Positions 1-9,709 of a stretch of DNA of 64,000 nucleotides are shown piece after piece; the first letter of the stretch is position 1; each line of letters opens with the position of its first letter. Both the position numbers and the translations under genes were made by a program. Source of the DNA: an uncultured virus (IMG/VR IMGVR_UViG_3300030333_004509) (Duplodnaviria > Heunggongvirae > Uroviricota > Caudoviricetes); IMG/VR virus record IMGVR_UViG_3300030333_004509, positions 1-64,000 of that record, one strand, 5' to 3'. The notes below the pieces were generated by a model, which saw only the letters and a list, made by a program, of their open reading frames with translations, was not told the DNA's origin and searched no databases.

Positions 1-52
1 CATGCAGGTAAGACACGCAAGACGGCGGTTGACGCGATCCAGGAGCGTATTG

Positions 53-328
53 GTGGAGCCTGAGGATGTTCGATCGTATCTTGCAGAGCTTAATCCACAG
101 GCTTTACTGGCTGACGGTTTCGATCGAGCTCTGGTTGGTGTTGCGGGGCGTTGTGGTATGGCTGCTCTTGCGGTATACGATCGAGACAAGTGTATCGAGA
201 TTCTCATGGAAGAGGGTATGGACTGGCCTGAGGCAGAGGAGTACTTCTGCTTCAATGTAGAAGGTGCCTACTTGGGTGAGGGGACCCCGTTATTCGCGGT
301 CCTCTCTACGCCTGATTGCTACGGTTGA
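53..328 (+). CDS. Conserved phage hypothetical protein (ADGFDxAxxG...YD...EAxEYFxFN..GAY.G..TP type)
   Basis: ORF 2..328; AGGAG at 41-45 favours TTG50/GTG53 as start; motif pattern recalled from widespread aquatic phage proteins. Confidence 0.7.
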   Translation: MEPEDVRSYLAELNPQALLADGFDRALVGVAGRCGMAALAVYDRDKCIEILMEEGMDWPEAEEYFCFNVEGAYLGEGTPLFAVLSTPDCYG

Positions 329-352
329 TACCTCAACCCTGTAGCTCTCCGA

Positions 353-613
353 CTACCCGACTCGCTTCTTCGACAGGTCTTCGACCCACTCGAGCATCAA
401 CCACTTGTTGACGACGTGCTCTGCGTCAGAAGCAGCCACTCCATTGAGCGTCTGTATTCCGGCATTGTAACGAAGGTGCAGCTGGTCGCCTGGTCCGACT
501 GATATGCCCGCCACATGACGCAAGTCAATGTAGTGAGTCTCTTCGCCCATGCGGTCGAAGACTTCGATGTGTGCACCCAGGTCGTGGTCTTGAATCAGTG
601 TAAGCTGGTTCAT
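353..613 (-). CDS. Hypothetical protein
   Basis: 86 aa; 4-bp overlap with the stop of the scaffold gene (translational coupling). Confidence 0.7.
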   Translation of the reverse strand: MNQLTLIQDHDLGAHIEVFDRMGEETHYIDLRHVAGISVGPGDQLHLRYNAGIQTLNGVAASDAEHVVNKWLMLEWVEDLSKKRVG

Positions 614-1533
614 CCTACCCCCTGTGCCTGTCGGCGTAGTGCATCCATCATCTCAGCGAAAGAACCGCTATTGCCTTGTGCCGTACTGGCTGCTTGGCTT
701 GTACCCAGGTTCATGAGGTTCACACTCTCAGGCACTGGTTCAGGCTCAGCAGGTGCGGGCTCAGCGGGTTCAGGCGCTGGGTACATGATCCGTACCATCT
801 GGAGTGCCTGCTCTCGAGTCACGTTGGGGAGAGCCGCGACCTGACAGAAGTGCTCGAATGAATCATTGAGTCGCTTCTGCTCTGCCTCGTCCTCGACCTC
901 CTTGTACATCTCAGGAGCTTGCTCTCTCAACCAGTTGTCCCACTCAGAAGCTTCCTTGTCGAGGGCGGCTTCTTCCGCGGCGTTGACCCGAGACTGGATC
1001 TCTTCAGCCAGCTTCTGAGCCTCGTCCCGCTCATTGATGATCTTCTGGAGCTCTTCTTGCGTGACCTCTGAGCGCTTCGAGAGAATCTCTGTGTGCTCCT
1101 TGGTCATCTGGGCCATAGCTTCTTCGTGGGCCTTCTTCAGGCTCTCGATCTCTGCGTTCTTGGCTTCGAGGGGATCTTCTTCCCCGTAGAGCCAGCGCTG
1201 AACTTGCATCTCAGAAGACTTGAGAGCGGCTGCCCTCTCATCCAGTTGCTTGCGTTGAGACGCAGCGGCTTCAAAGGCCTTGGTGTAGCCCCTCTGCCAG
1301 TTCTTGTACTTGTTCTCCATTCCGCCGAATAGCTTGTCTCGAGTCGCATCATCGATCCCGCTCAACCACTCAGCGCTTCTCAGACTCTCCAGCTCACCGT
1401 TCCAATCTGCAGGTTCGGTGGTTGCGGTCTCAGAAGAAGCCTCGGCAGTTTCAACAGGTTCAGACGAAGTCGATGTCTCTACGGCTTCAGTTCCGCTGTC
1501 CTGTACCTCTGCGGTACCTTCTTCAGATGTCAT
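610..1533 (-). CDS. Putative capsid scaffolding protein
   Basis: Acidic disordered N-terminus, YKxWQRGYTK motif followed by a long coiled coil; in the portal operon. Confidence 0.65.
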   Translation of the reverse strand: MTSEEGTAEVQDSGTEAVETSTSSEPVETAEASSETATTEPADWNGELESLRSAEWLSGIDDATRDKLFGGMENKYKNWQRGYTKAFEAAASQRKQLDERAAALKSSEMQVQRWLYGEEDPLEAKNAEIESLKKAHEEAMAQMTKEHTEILSKRSEVTQEELQKIINERDEAQKLAEEIQSRVNAAEEAALDKEASEWDNWLREQAPEMYKEVEDEAEQKRLNDSFEHFCQVAALPNVTREQALQMVRIMYPAPEPAEPAPAEPEPVPESVNLMNLGTSQAASTAQGNSGSFAEMMDALRRQAQGVG

Positions 1534-1541
1534 AGCTTAGG

Positions 1542-1814
1542 CTACTCCTTTTTCATTTTTTCGTGCTTCTTGATGGAGCCAACGCTTCCGTGCTCGGCTC
1601 CTTGTCTCTTGTGATCCGATTTCGACTCCAGGATTAGACGCTTCTTCTCCTCGCTGTCGAGGGATTCCCACTCGTCCGGGCTATACCCAGGCAGAGGGGT
1701 GCGCATCTCCTTAGCTGTGACGGTCTCGGCTTTCTTTAGTTTCTTAAGCAGGGAGTCAGGGGTCGTCATCATCGGAGCCAGCCCGGCCATCTTTATGCTT
1801 CTCATGTCAGCCAT
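1542..1814 (-). CDS. Small basic hypothetical protein
   Basis: 90 aa, tightly packed between neighbours. Confidence 0.65.
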   Translation of the reverse strand: MADMRSIKMAGLAPMMTTPDSLLKKLKKAETVTAKEMRTPLPGYSPDEWESLDSEEKKRLILESKSDHKRQGAEHGSVGSIKKHEKMKKE

Positions 1815-1817
1815 AGC

Positions 1818-2354
1818 TTACATCCCAGGTGGCATCATGCCGCCCATCGGAGGTCCGCCCATTGGCGCACCTTCAGGGGCACCTTCAGGGGCACCCATCG
1901 ACTCAGCAGCCATAGCTTCGCCTTGAGCTGCAAGCTTCTTGAGCTCCATAAGGAGATTGCTGTCTTCCTTGATCTTTGCGACAAGTTCTTCGACAGTCAA
2001 GGAGGCCAGGTCGTCCCGCATACCAGCAGCGTTCCAGAGGTCCCCTGCTTGCTTAGTGGCTTCTTCTGTCGACAGCTCAGGGTTGTTCTCCATGAGCATC
2101 TTCTCGATAGGCTCGAGCACAACCTCACCACCTGCAGCATCTCCTGCGGGGGCCTCTTCGGCGGGCGCTTCATCCATAGGTGCCTCTTCTGCGGGGGCAC
2201 CCTCAGCCGGTGCACCTTCTTCAGGAGGAGGAGATTCAGCCAGGATCTCGTCGGCCATATCCATCAGGGCCTTCATGTCGCTGTCGGGACCAACAGGTAC
2301 TTCGTCACCCTTCTTCGGCGCCTTTGCTGCGAGCTCGTCAAACTTGTCTGCCAT
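1818..2354 (-). CDS. Acidic low-complexity hypothetical protein
   Basis: 178 aa with EGAPA/EEAP repeats; GGAG RBS upstream. Confidence 0.75.
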   Translation of the reverse strand: MADKFDELAAKAPKKGDEVPVGPDSDMKALMDMADEILAESPPPEEGAPAEGAPAEEAPMDEAPAEEAPAGDAAGGEVVLEPIEKMLMENNPELSTEEATKQAGDLWNAAGMRDDLASLTVEELVAKIKEDSNLLMELKKLAAQGEAMAAESMGAPEGAPEGAPMGGPPMGGMMPPGM

Positions 2355-2355
2355 T

Positions 2356-2619
2356 TTAGTCTCCAGATTCGTCGAGCTCTGACTCGAACTCAGGTTGGGG
2401 GGTTGCTAACTCATAGGCCGCGTTGGACCCTATTGCAAGCAGTGTCTTGCGGGGTACCTGACGCCTTTCGCCAGTTGCCCGATCTTCGTACAGAATAGTA
2501 TCACTTTGTGCGACTTCACCGACACGTCGAAGTGATCGAGGTCTCATAGTAGCTCTCTGAACCGCTTCCTTGACCCGTCCAGGGTCAGAGAACGCGCTAG
2601 TAGCCTGCGATTTTGGCAT
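2356..2619 (-). CDS. Hypothetical protein
   Basis: 87 aa; GGAGG RBS; packed in operon. Confidence 0.65.
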   Translation of the reverse strand: MPKSQATSAFSDPGRVKEAVQRATMRPRSLRRVGEVAQSDTILYEDRATGERRQVPRKTLLAIGSNAAYELATPQPEFESELDESGD

Positions 2620-3145
2620 TGGGCCTCCCGTTTAGAGCCGCGCTCGTCGCAGAGATACCCCTCTCCTTAACGGCATGCTTACCTGCAACTCGACTGTTCT
2701 TATTGTGAGACAGGGCCTTCCGTTCTGCCTCGCGCTGAATCGCCTTGTTCGCCTCTTTAGTCTCAGCCATGAGCTGTGCGTCGACACCGTTCTTCTTTCG
2801 CTGCAGCCAGGTTCGGTGCCGCTTCTCATCGGCGCGCGTCTGCTTATCCGTTCTCGAGTCATGCTCGATGTTCATGGTCTGACCGGGAAAGCGAGCCTCT
2901 ACTATAGCTTTAGCTCTGTCGAACTTTTCTTTCGTGTCACAGTAGCCTAAGACTCCCATATCCACGGGGGTGAATCCACCATAGCCCTCTCCCTTAACTC
3001 CAGGGAACTTCCGGTGTGACCAATCCACCACCCGTTTTTCCCCGCACTCGGGACAAGCCGGGGGACCATCGGACCTTCTATAAAAGACGTGGTCTTCGAT
3101 TAGCTCGCACTCAGTGCAGCGTAGTCCGTGGGCAACGAATGACAT
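2597..3145 (-). CDS. Zinc-ribbon (FmdB-like) protein with C-terminal extension
   Basis: CTEC...CPECG pair; start moved to ATG 3145 (AGGA upstream). Confidence 0.7.
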   Translation of the reverse strand: MSFVAHGLRCTECELIEDHVFYRRSDGPPACPECGEKRVVDWSHRKFPGVKGEGYGGFTPVDMGVLGYCDTKEKFDRAKAIVEARFPGQTMNIEHDSRTDKQTRADEKRHRTWLQRKKNGVDAQLMAETKEANKAIQREAERKALSHNKNSRVAGKHAVKERGISATSAALNGRPNAKIAGY

Positions 3146-3152
3146 TAGTATC

Positions 3153-3950
3153 CTACTTTGTGGCTCGACCGCTTCCACCGGCCATTGTCTTGTACTTCTG
3201 CATTGCTGCGTCACCCTCGGCACCGCGCTCCAGCTTCTTTGCTGTAGTCGAGAGCTCTTCTGCCAGCTTCATACGCTCAGCATCTTCCTGCTCTTGGTGA
3301 AAGTCTGAGAACTCATCGAGCGGATCAAGGAAGTAAGATGGGGTTTTCTTATGTCGGGCTTTGATCGTCGCTTCGTGAAGATCGCCCTTATAGGGGTCTT
3401 GCGCTGTCTTCGCTTCCCTGACTTCGCCTTTAAGCTGCTTAATCTTTTCAGTGTGTGTTTGGCCATACTCGCCGGGACCAACGGTCTTCGCCTCTCGCTT
3501 AAGCTTCCTTGCAGCACCTTGGCCGCCCATGTACTCTTGGCCCCTTTCAGTAAACGGACCTATACCGCTTCCGGGATAGAAGCCTGTAAAGAAGTACGCC
3601 ACGTTAGCGGGACTCCTGATAATCGTCTCTCCGACCTTTCGGACACGTCTTGCGTGTATCTTTGCGGCCCCGGCATGGGCTTCGCGCCGGGCCGACCGTT
3701 TCGCCTGCTTGGCTTCTTTCACTCTTTCTTGTGCGCCCTCGACCTTAGTCTTGACCTCACCTCTCTCAACCTCCGGCGTCATAAGCCTGGAGTGCTCGAG
3801 CTGCTCTGCTCGAGTGTAGCGACTTTCTGGGGGGGCTGCCGCGCTCGGTCTTTCTTGCGCGTACCTACTGCCTCTCTCGCGAGCTCTGGCTATTGCTTTC
3901 TGCTTTGCCGCCTTCGCCTCTTTCGATTCAAGTTCTTTGATTGTGGCCAT
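3153..3950 (-). CDS. Basic hypothetical protein
   Basis: Start at 3950 by TAATG coupling with upstream gene; K/R/A/E-rich. Confidence 0.7.
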   Translation of the reverse strand: MATIKELESKEAKAAKQKAIARARERGSRYAQERPSAAAPPESRYTRAEQLEHSRLMTPEVERGEVKTKVEGAQERVKEAKQAKRSARREAHAGAAKIHARRVRKVGETIIRSPANVAYFFTGFYPGSGIGPFTERGQEYMGGQGAARKLKREAKTVGPGEYGQTHTEKIKQLKGEVREAKTAQDPYKGDLHEATIKARHKKTPSYFLDPLDEFSDFHQEQEDAERMKLAEELSTTAKKLERGAEGDAAMQKYKTMAGGSGRATK

Positions 3951-4369
3951 TACTGTTGTCTCCCTGCCCAGACAATACAGACTCTCTGGGACGCACATTT
4001 GAAGTCAAGGGCTTGGCAGTAGCCAAGATCCCCGCCCATGATAGCAGTTTCTGGGTCAGGCTCGTCACCTATCCCCATAGCGATGCAGTTAAGGGTCTGA
4101 TCTGTAGTATCAAAGAAGGTGCAGTTGCCGCAACGCATCGTCATTACATTCTCGATACTGTCGTTAAACTTGTCTGCGTATTTCTGCCAGAACTCCTCGT
4201 TCCCGCCTTCCTCGTCGAGCGCAGGGTTGGCTGGTCCGTATTCCTTGGTGTCTAACGCAGACTGACGGTTCTCGAGATTGAGTTCAAGGTTCTGTGTAGC
4301 CTCGGGGCACGCATCTGCTGTCTGAGCGTCTTGCCTGAGAGCTCCCATCATCTCGTCGTATTCAGCCAT
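3950..4369 (-). CDS. Cys-rich hypothetical protein (possible metal binding)
   Basis: CP...YGP...RCGNC..F...GYC..LDFKC....C..W pattern; TAATG coupling. Confidence 0.75.
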   Translation of the reverse strand: MAEYDEMMGALRQDAQTADACPEATQNLELNLENRQSALDTKEYGPANPALDEEGGNEEFWQKYADKFNDSIENVMTMRCGNCTFFDTTDQTLNCIAMGIGDEPDPETAIMGGDLGYCQALDFKCASQRVCIVWAGRQQ

Positions 4370-4674
4370 TACCATTTCACCTTGTCGGCCCAGTAGGCGG
4401 CGCTCATCTTGCCCTTGGCGATATCCTTGCCGTGCCGAGACTTGAAGCTCTTGCGCTTCTTCTTCATCTTGTCGGACTCGCCCTTCTTTGGCTTACCCGC
4501 GGTCTTAGCTCCCTGCTCACCAAAGCGGATCAACTTCTGCTTATTACCCTCTTTAGCCAGAACGATATGACTCTTCTTAGGGTGACTCGGCGTCCTCTTG
4601 GGTTTATTGACACCCGATAGCCCATGCTTCTTCAGGAGCGTCTTTCTCAGCGCTGCTCGACGTTCATCAGACAT
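4369..4674 (-). CDS. Small highly basic conserved phage protein
   Basis: SHIVLAK...IRFG...RKSFKSRH...SAAYWA motif, recalled from a widespread uncharacterised viral family. Confidence 0.8.
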   Translation of the reverse strand: MSDERRAALRKTLLKKHGLSGVNKPKRTPSHPKKSHIVLAKEGNKQKLIRFGEQGAKTAGKPKKGESDKMKKKRKSFKSRHGKDIAKGKMSAAYWADKVKW

Positions 4675-4784
4675 CAGCTTTTCTTCCTTCTCTTGGACAG
4701 AGCAATAGCAATCGCTTGCTTGTGTGGCTTACCGTGAGACATGTACTTCTTGATGTCTTTAGAGACTTGATCTTTCTTAGCCAT
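4674..4784 (-). CDS. 36-aa basic protein (GKPHKQAIAIALS)
   Basis: Not in ORF track; reads MAKKDQVSKDIKKYMSHGKPHKQAIAIALSKRRKKS; TGATG overlaps at both ends. Confidence 0.75.
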   Translation of the reverse strand: MAKKDQVSKDIKKYMSHGKPHKQAIAIALSKRRKKS

Positions 4785-5782
4785 CAGCCTTCCTCATCTG
4801 CTTGAGGCTCTTTATAGTCAGGGTGCGTGTGATCATACCCGGGGTGGCCGGTAACATTGATGTTGCCTTCTCCTGTCCACATGAAGAACGTGCCGTTACC
4901 AAACTCGGTTATCACCGCTCCGTCAATCTCGCGTGTCTCTACCTCGCCGCCATCAGGGTCGTCTCGCGCTGCCGCGAAGTCTTTGGCGGACGCTTCGTAG
5001 ACTTCTTCGTCGGTTAAGTTTTGTCCGTGGTAGGGACCGTGTTCAGCTGCGTAGCCCAGAGCGTCACCTTCTATTTCCCTTGCCCGCTGCTGGTACGAAA
5101 CGAATGGTGTGGTCACTGCTTCCATGTCTTCAAGGAACTCCCTGCCCATGTCGGAGAGAACGGGGTTGGGCTGCCGCAACGCTTCCATCTCTGCGCTCTC
5201 AAGCGCCTCTTCCTCAGCTTGAGCCTCAGCTTTCATCTTTCTTAGCAAGGCTTCAGGGTTAGGGAGTCGGCCCAAAGACTCTTTAGGAATAAACAGCAGC
5301 TCGTCATCGCTTGTTAGAACAACGACGCCCGTGGGTTTACCGTCCAAGCCTCTCGGAATATCGGCAATCTCGACTATGTTTGTTCCCTCGTAGCCATGCT
5401 CGTAGGCGAACTTTTTATCCGACTTTGGGCGTGCCGTGAGAGGTCCTTTGTAGTCTTGGCCGACTCGGACAAGCTCACCTGGTTTGCCCTGTTCATAAGT
5501 GATGTGTGCTTGGTAGGGGTTGTTTGGGTCCTCCGGGTCTCCTACAAGTCGGATGTTGCCGCCCTTGATGAACCCGTGTGGGTGCTCGTCTTGTTGCGGG
5601 TTGTAGCTAAGTACCTCCCCCGCCTCTTCTCTCAGCTTTTGGTACATGCTCGAGAGAGTGTCGGATCCGTAGTCTATTACTTTCGGGAGTCCCTTGGCGG
5701 CTTCTGCACCTAGCTCCCCGAGCATGCTTAAGGGTTTAGTGACACTCCCTTCTTCCTCAGGTTTTGGTTTGGTGTCAGGCAT
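4784..5782 (-). CDS. Acidic hypothetical protein
   Basis: 332 aa; TGATG coupling to the portal stop. Confidence 0.75.
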   Translation of the reverse strand: MPDTKPKPEEEGSVTKPLSMLGELGAEAAKGLPKVIDYGSDTLSSMYQKLREEAGEVLSYNPQQDEHPHGFIKGGNIRLVGDPEDPNNPYQAHITYEQGKPGELVRVGQDYKGPLTARPKSDKKFAYEHGYEGTNIVEIADIPRGLDGKPTGVVVLTSDDELLFIPKESLGRLPNPEALLRKMKAEAQAEEEALESAEMEALRQPNPVLSDMGREFLEDMEAVTTPFVSYQQRAREIEGDALGYAAEHGPYHGQNLTDEEVYEASAKDFAAARDDPDGGEVETREIDGAVITEFGNGTFFMWTGEGNINVTGHPGYDHTHPDYKEPQADEEG

Positions 5783-7497
5783 CAGCCCGCCTCTCTAATA
5801 GGTGCGCCGCCTCCTGCAGCCATACTCTCTTCTGGTTCAGCTCCTCCAGCTTCCGCACCCTCCATGAGAGCTGCGAGCTCAGGCGGGAGACCACCCTCGG
5901 CTCCCATAGGAGGTCCGCCTCCACCGGCAGCCCCACCCATAGCCATCTGCTGAGCAGCCATTTGCTGCGCCTGTACCTTGGCCGCGACGTCTTGCTCCGA
6001 CATAAGGATGCGGTTCGGAAGGCCCAGACCGCGTATGAGTGACTCCATGAGCTGTCGAGTGTCCACGTTTGGATCCTGTAGAAGCACCGGCAGCAGCTGC
6101 ATAAGCGTCTCGGTCATGACTGCCGGGTTGCTCTGCATTGGGCTGTAGCTCACCATCTCGAACTCAACGTCTACATCAGCAATCGTGTTAAGGTTCACTT
6201 CCATCCACTTACGGTTTCCAGTTACCTTAATCATCTTCTCACCCTTCATGTATTTCTGGGTGAGGTAGAAGCACTTGGAAGCGACATCCTCGAGAGCGTC
6301 ATTGACGTGACCTTCGCGGGTTGCCAAGCGGTTCTTCATCTGGGCGTCGATGATTGCCATCTCAGTAGCAGTACGAGCTCCAACGACTTGACCTCGAGCA
6401 GCTTCAGCCAAAGCTGAGATGAACGCAGCGTCCTCTTCCTGTCTCGCCGTGAACTCTTTCACACCCGTAGGGTTCTGAGGGTAGGGCATCTCGTAGAACA
6501 GTGAGCCCAGAGTTCTAAGGGCCTCTGCGTTCTGCGGCGTGACTCCGACAAAAGAACCTGCCGATGCCTCAACAGCCTTGTTCAAGTCTTCTTCGCTGAG
6601 GCGACCGGCATCGTAGAGAACTCGAGGGATCATCAGGTAAGTGATCCGCTTCATGTGAGTCAGCAAGTCGTTGACAGTCTCTTGCTGGGTCAGCACAAGC
6701 TGCACCTCAGACAAGCCTAAGCAGTCCACACCCGACTGGTTCAAGCTGAACATCGAGTAGGGCACGTAGTCGATGTCATCCTCAAAGACGACAGCATCCA
6801 GCTGACGAACGTAGTGCTGGACCTTGCCGGTCTCGAGGTTGTAGTACTCGTATACAGTGATCCACTCGAAGGCGTCACGCACAGTCTCAGACGCATTCTT
6901 CTGGCGGTCACCTAAGATCCATTTCGGATACCGATCAGGCTTGACGTCCTCCATGTCGGCCTTGTACTTACCTGACTCGACACGCGACTTGAATACCGAG
7001 AATGGTAGAACTGTAGCTTCAATCCAGTAGCGGATGTCATCTACATCCCGCACGGTCAGATCAAAGAAGATTGTTGCCGGGTCACATACCTTAATGACAG
7101 GTCGGTCAGCTTCAGTATCCCAACCAGTCTTGAAGATGCCTCGCTTGCAGAGCACAGCGTCGATCAGTGCGGTGGCGGCCCTACGTCTCATGCGGTTGGA
7201 GCGGAAGATGTACTCCAGTAGACCGTTGATTGCCGGGACAGCCTCTTGGCTGCGGGGGCTTCGAGGCTGAGCCGCTACCTGAGGGTTTGGTCCAAGCAAT
7301 GCACTGATTGCCGTGTCTGCAATAGCGTAGATCAGGTTCTTGCTGCAGAGATTGAGGTTCGAGACCTGTTCAGTGTCAGCAGAACGGTTGACCCAGAAGT
7401 CGCCGCGGTAGTACCTTCGAGCTTTGTCGAAGGTCTCCTTCTCGTTTCGTTCATAGAACTTCTTGTGACGGTCAATCAGAGAAGACAGCTTAGGCAT
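5782..7497 (-). CDS. Portal protein
   Basis: About 570 aa; G..K.GWD, 'RTATEMAI' motif, Q/G/M-rich tail; downstream of TerL; alternative GTG start at 7506. Confidence 0.85.
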   Translation of the reverse strand: MPKLSSLIDRHKKFYERNEKETFDKARRYYRGDFWVNRSADTEQVSNLNLCSKNLIYAIADTAISALLGPNPQVAAQPRSPRSQEAVPAINGLLEYIFRSNRMRRRAATALIDAVLCKRGIFKTGWDTEADRPVIKVCDPATIFFDLTVRDVDDIRYWIEATVLPFSVFKSRVESGKYKADMEDVKPDRYPKWILGDRQKNASETVRDAFEWITVYEYYNLETGKVQHYVRQLDAVVFEDDIDYVPYSMFSLNQSGVDCLGLSEVQLVLTQQETVNDLLTHMKRITYLMIPRVLYDAGRLSEEDLNKAVEASAGSFVGVTPQNAEALRTLGSLFYEMPYPQNPTGVKEFTARQEEDAAFISALAEAARGQVVGARTATEMAIIDAQMKNRLATREGHVNDALEDVASKCFYLTQKYMKGEKMIKVTGNRKWMEVNLNTIADVDVEFEMVSYSPMQSNPAVMTETLMQLLPVLLQDPNVDTRQLMESLIRGLGLPNRILMSEQDVAAKVQAQQMAAQQMAMGGAAGGGGPPMGAEGGLPPELAALMEGAEAGGAEPEESMAAGGGAPIREAG

Positions 7498-7654
7498 CGG
7501 GCTCACCCCTACGTACTGGTTTAGGCCTGAGTCCTTCTTTGCGCTTTTCCTCGAGATCGAGAAGTAGCCGAGTCTGATCAGGCGTCATCTTCTCCTCTGG
7601 TATAGCCAGAAGGTCCAAGTACTGCTTCTTTTCCGGGAATGTAAGGCTAGGCAT
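7490..7654 (-). CDS. Small hypothetical protein
   Basis: MPSLTFPEKK..., 54 aa; overlaps both neighbours. Confidence 0.55.
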   Translation of the reverse strand: MPSLTFPEKKQYLDLLAIPEEKMTPDQTRLLLDLEEKRKEGLRPKPVRRGEPDA

Positions 7655-7787
7655 TGTTGTCCAACTTCGCCTTGGCAAGCAGGTCAGCGCGTATCTTGGC
7701 GACGGTTTTTGCGAACTCTTTGGCGTCGGGTCGACTTACAGTGTCCTGGTCAGGCTTCTCTTTCTTCTTGGGGGTACGTTTAGCCAT
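7647..7787 (-). CDS. 46-aa basic protein
   Basis: Not in ORF track; MAKRTPKKKEKPDQ...LDNNA; starts 1 bp after the TerL stop. Confidence 0.6.
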   Translation of the reverse strand: MAKRTPKKKEKPDQDTVSRPDAKEFAKTVAKIRADLLAKAKLDNNA

Positions 7788-7788
7788 G

Positions 7789-9432
7789 CTACATCCAGTG
7801 TCGAGGGGGTGGTTTGAACAGGTTCTTAGCGTCGGACTTAGCGCGCTTCTTATGTTGATCTAAATCAGCAACTGTGACTTGTCCGGGGACTCTTTCAGGT
7901 TCTGAGTCCTCGATGTTAGCGCGTGTGAAGCGTCGACGCGACAGTATATCAGCCGCCATGACAGCGGTACGTGCGCGGTCGAAGTGATGTTGGCTGCCGT
8001 CAAGCCCTTGTGTGCGTTTCTTGCGGCTCCCGTCATAGTTCACAAGTTGGTGCAAGAGCCCTCTACTGAGCAGTGTGATGTCTCCTTCGCGGAGCATCTG
8101 GACAAGTCTTGCCTCAGCCTCTTGCAGTCTCTTGGATGTCGCGTACCAACCTGGGTGGTTTCGGTCAGTCCATAAGAGATTCCGGCACTGAGCGTCTTTG
8201 AGCACTGCAATACATGCCATCGCGTTAGACTCGACTGCGAGCAGTGCGTTGTTGTAGTAGCTCTGGATCTGCATGAGTCGGCGGGCGAAGCGACCAGGAT
8301 CTTCTCGATCTTCCCAGAAGGCGACTTCACGTCTCTCAAGCGCGTTCCACACAGTGAGTGCGCTCTTATCACCTGACCCACCAAAGCCAGCGGGGTCAGC
8401 TGTGATGAGATACTTTTGGTTCGCTTCTGGTCCAGTCATGATGCAGCAGCCTGCAGGACTGAGTGGTGGATCAGGTACTGCGCGGGCCAGTGCAGGCTTC
8501 AATACTTCGACAGGCATGATTGGCGCGAGACTGCCCAACCAACCATCGTATGGGTCAGATGGATACTTGGCGCTGAACAAGCGATCGTCGCCAACAAACT
8601 CTGTGTTGAGTGCGCTGCGACGGAATGCCATGTTCGCGAGGTTCATCCCGTCATGGCGGGCCTGGTAGGTTTTCTCGGCTTCCGTCAGCTTGATGCTCGG
8701 ATCGTCGATCTGGCAGCTGTCATCGTCCCACCAGTCTAAGAATAGAGGGTGGAACCGACTCTTACCCTCGAGTGCTGACTGCCACATCTGTTCGTGGTGT
8801 GAGCCAGCTCGTCCGGGTGTCGACTCTAATATAACTCTGGCGTTCACCCTTTTATTCACAGTGGGGAAGATATTGATTGCCGCCTTCTTTTGCCACTGGG
8901 CTTCACCAAACTCGGTGATGACCAGTCGGTCAATCGAACGTCCAATAGCTGGTGAGCGACCACCAGCGGTCAGAATCTTGATTCCGCCACCGTGACAGAA
9001 GTGCATCTGCGTAGTTCCTGCTCTGCGACCCTTGGCCAGGGGCATTCTTACATCAGCCGGGAGTCGGTGGTAGGCGAATAAGATGCGCTCGAAGATATCC
9101 TCGGCTGTATCCTGACGCTCTGCGATGAGCAGTCCTTTGACCCCGTTCAGGTACATGCAGTCCCGTAGTAGGAGCATGACAGAGATGGTAGTGATCTTTG
9201 CCTGACGGAACTTGTTGACGAGTACCCAGCGATTGTCGTGCACAGCTTGCAGCAGTTTGCGCTGCGTCTTTGTAGGCTCGAGGTAACCGATAGACTCGTC
9301 CTCTCGCACGATCTGGCACATCGACACAAAAGCATCAGGGGTCGAGAAGAGAGCTCGGATCTTAGACTGGTTGAGTCCAGGTGCGGTTGCTAAGTTCGCA
9401 CCCTTTGTAAGAGCTGAAGTCTGAATAGGCAC
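7789..9432 (-). CDS. terL: Terminase large subunit
   Basis: Walker A-like NKFRQAKITT, Walker B-like LVITEFGE, ESTP motif, RNase H-like ADPA...D..A...VESN; GGAGG RBS before GTG. Confidence 0.9.
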   Translation of the reverse strand: MPIQTSALTKGANLATAPGLNQSKIRALFSTPDAFVSMCQIVREDESIGYLEPTKTQRKLLQAVHDNRWVLVNKFRQAKITTISVMLLLRDCMYLNGVKGLLIAERQDTAEDIFERILFAYHRLPADVRMPLAKGRRAGTTQMHFCHGGGIKILTAGGRSPAIGRSIDRLVITEFGEAQWQKKAAINIFPTVNKRVNARVILESTPGRAGSHHEQMWQSALEGKSRFHPLFLDWWDDDSCQIDDPSIKLTEAEKTYQARHDGMNLANMAFRRSALNTEFVGDDRLFSAKYPSDPYDGWLGSLAPIMPVEVLKPALARAVPDPPLSPAGCCIMTGPEANQKYLITADPAGFGGSGDKSALTVWNALERREVAFWEDREDPGRFARRLMQIQSYYNNALLAVESNAMACIAVLKDAQCRNLLWTDRNHPGWYATSKRLQEAEARLVQMLREGDITLLSRGLLHQLVNYDGSRKKRTQGLDGSQHHFDRARTAVMAADILSRRRFTRANIEDSEPERVPGQVTVADLDQHKKRAKSDAKNLFKPPPRHWM

Positions 9433-9484
9433 AGGTTGCCTCCCTGGTTATGCTATCATGACCCCACTATTCCAGCGAGAAGTC

Positions 9485-9658
9485 ATGGCTATCGGATCTG
9501 ACATTAAAGCAGTTACCCGCGCCTCTATGAAGGGGGCAGAGAAAAAGTCTGAAAAGCTTGAGAGTATTCGGTCTATGCTGGCTAAGATTCAGGGCAGTAA
9601 GAAGAAGCAAAATAACCCTGCTGGTAATCTACCCTCGGGCAGGGCTTACGGTAAGTAG
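9485..9658 (+). CDS. Small basic hypothetical protein
   Basis: ORF 9458..9658; start uncertain (9458 or 9485). Confidence 0.5.
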   Translation: MAIGSDIKAVTRASMKGAEKKSEKLESIRSMLAKIQGSKKKQNNPAGNLPSGRAYGK

Positions 9659-9680
9659 GTCATTTTTTGACCCGAAAGTC

Positions 9681-9709
9681 TTGCAAAACAATATCTGACG
9701 ACGTAGATT
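9681..9709 (+). promoter_or_regulatory. Sigma70-like promoter for the capsid operon
   Basis: TTGCAA-17bp-TAGATT in an AT-rich intergenic region. Confidence 0.55.
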
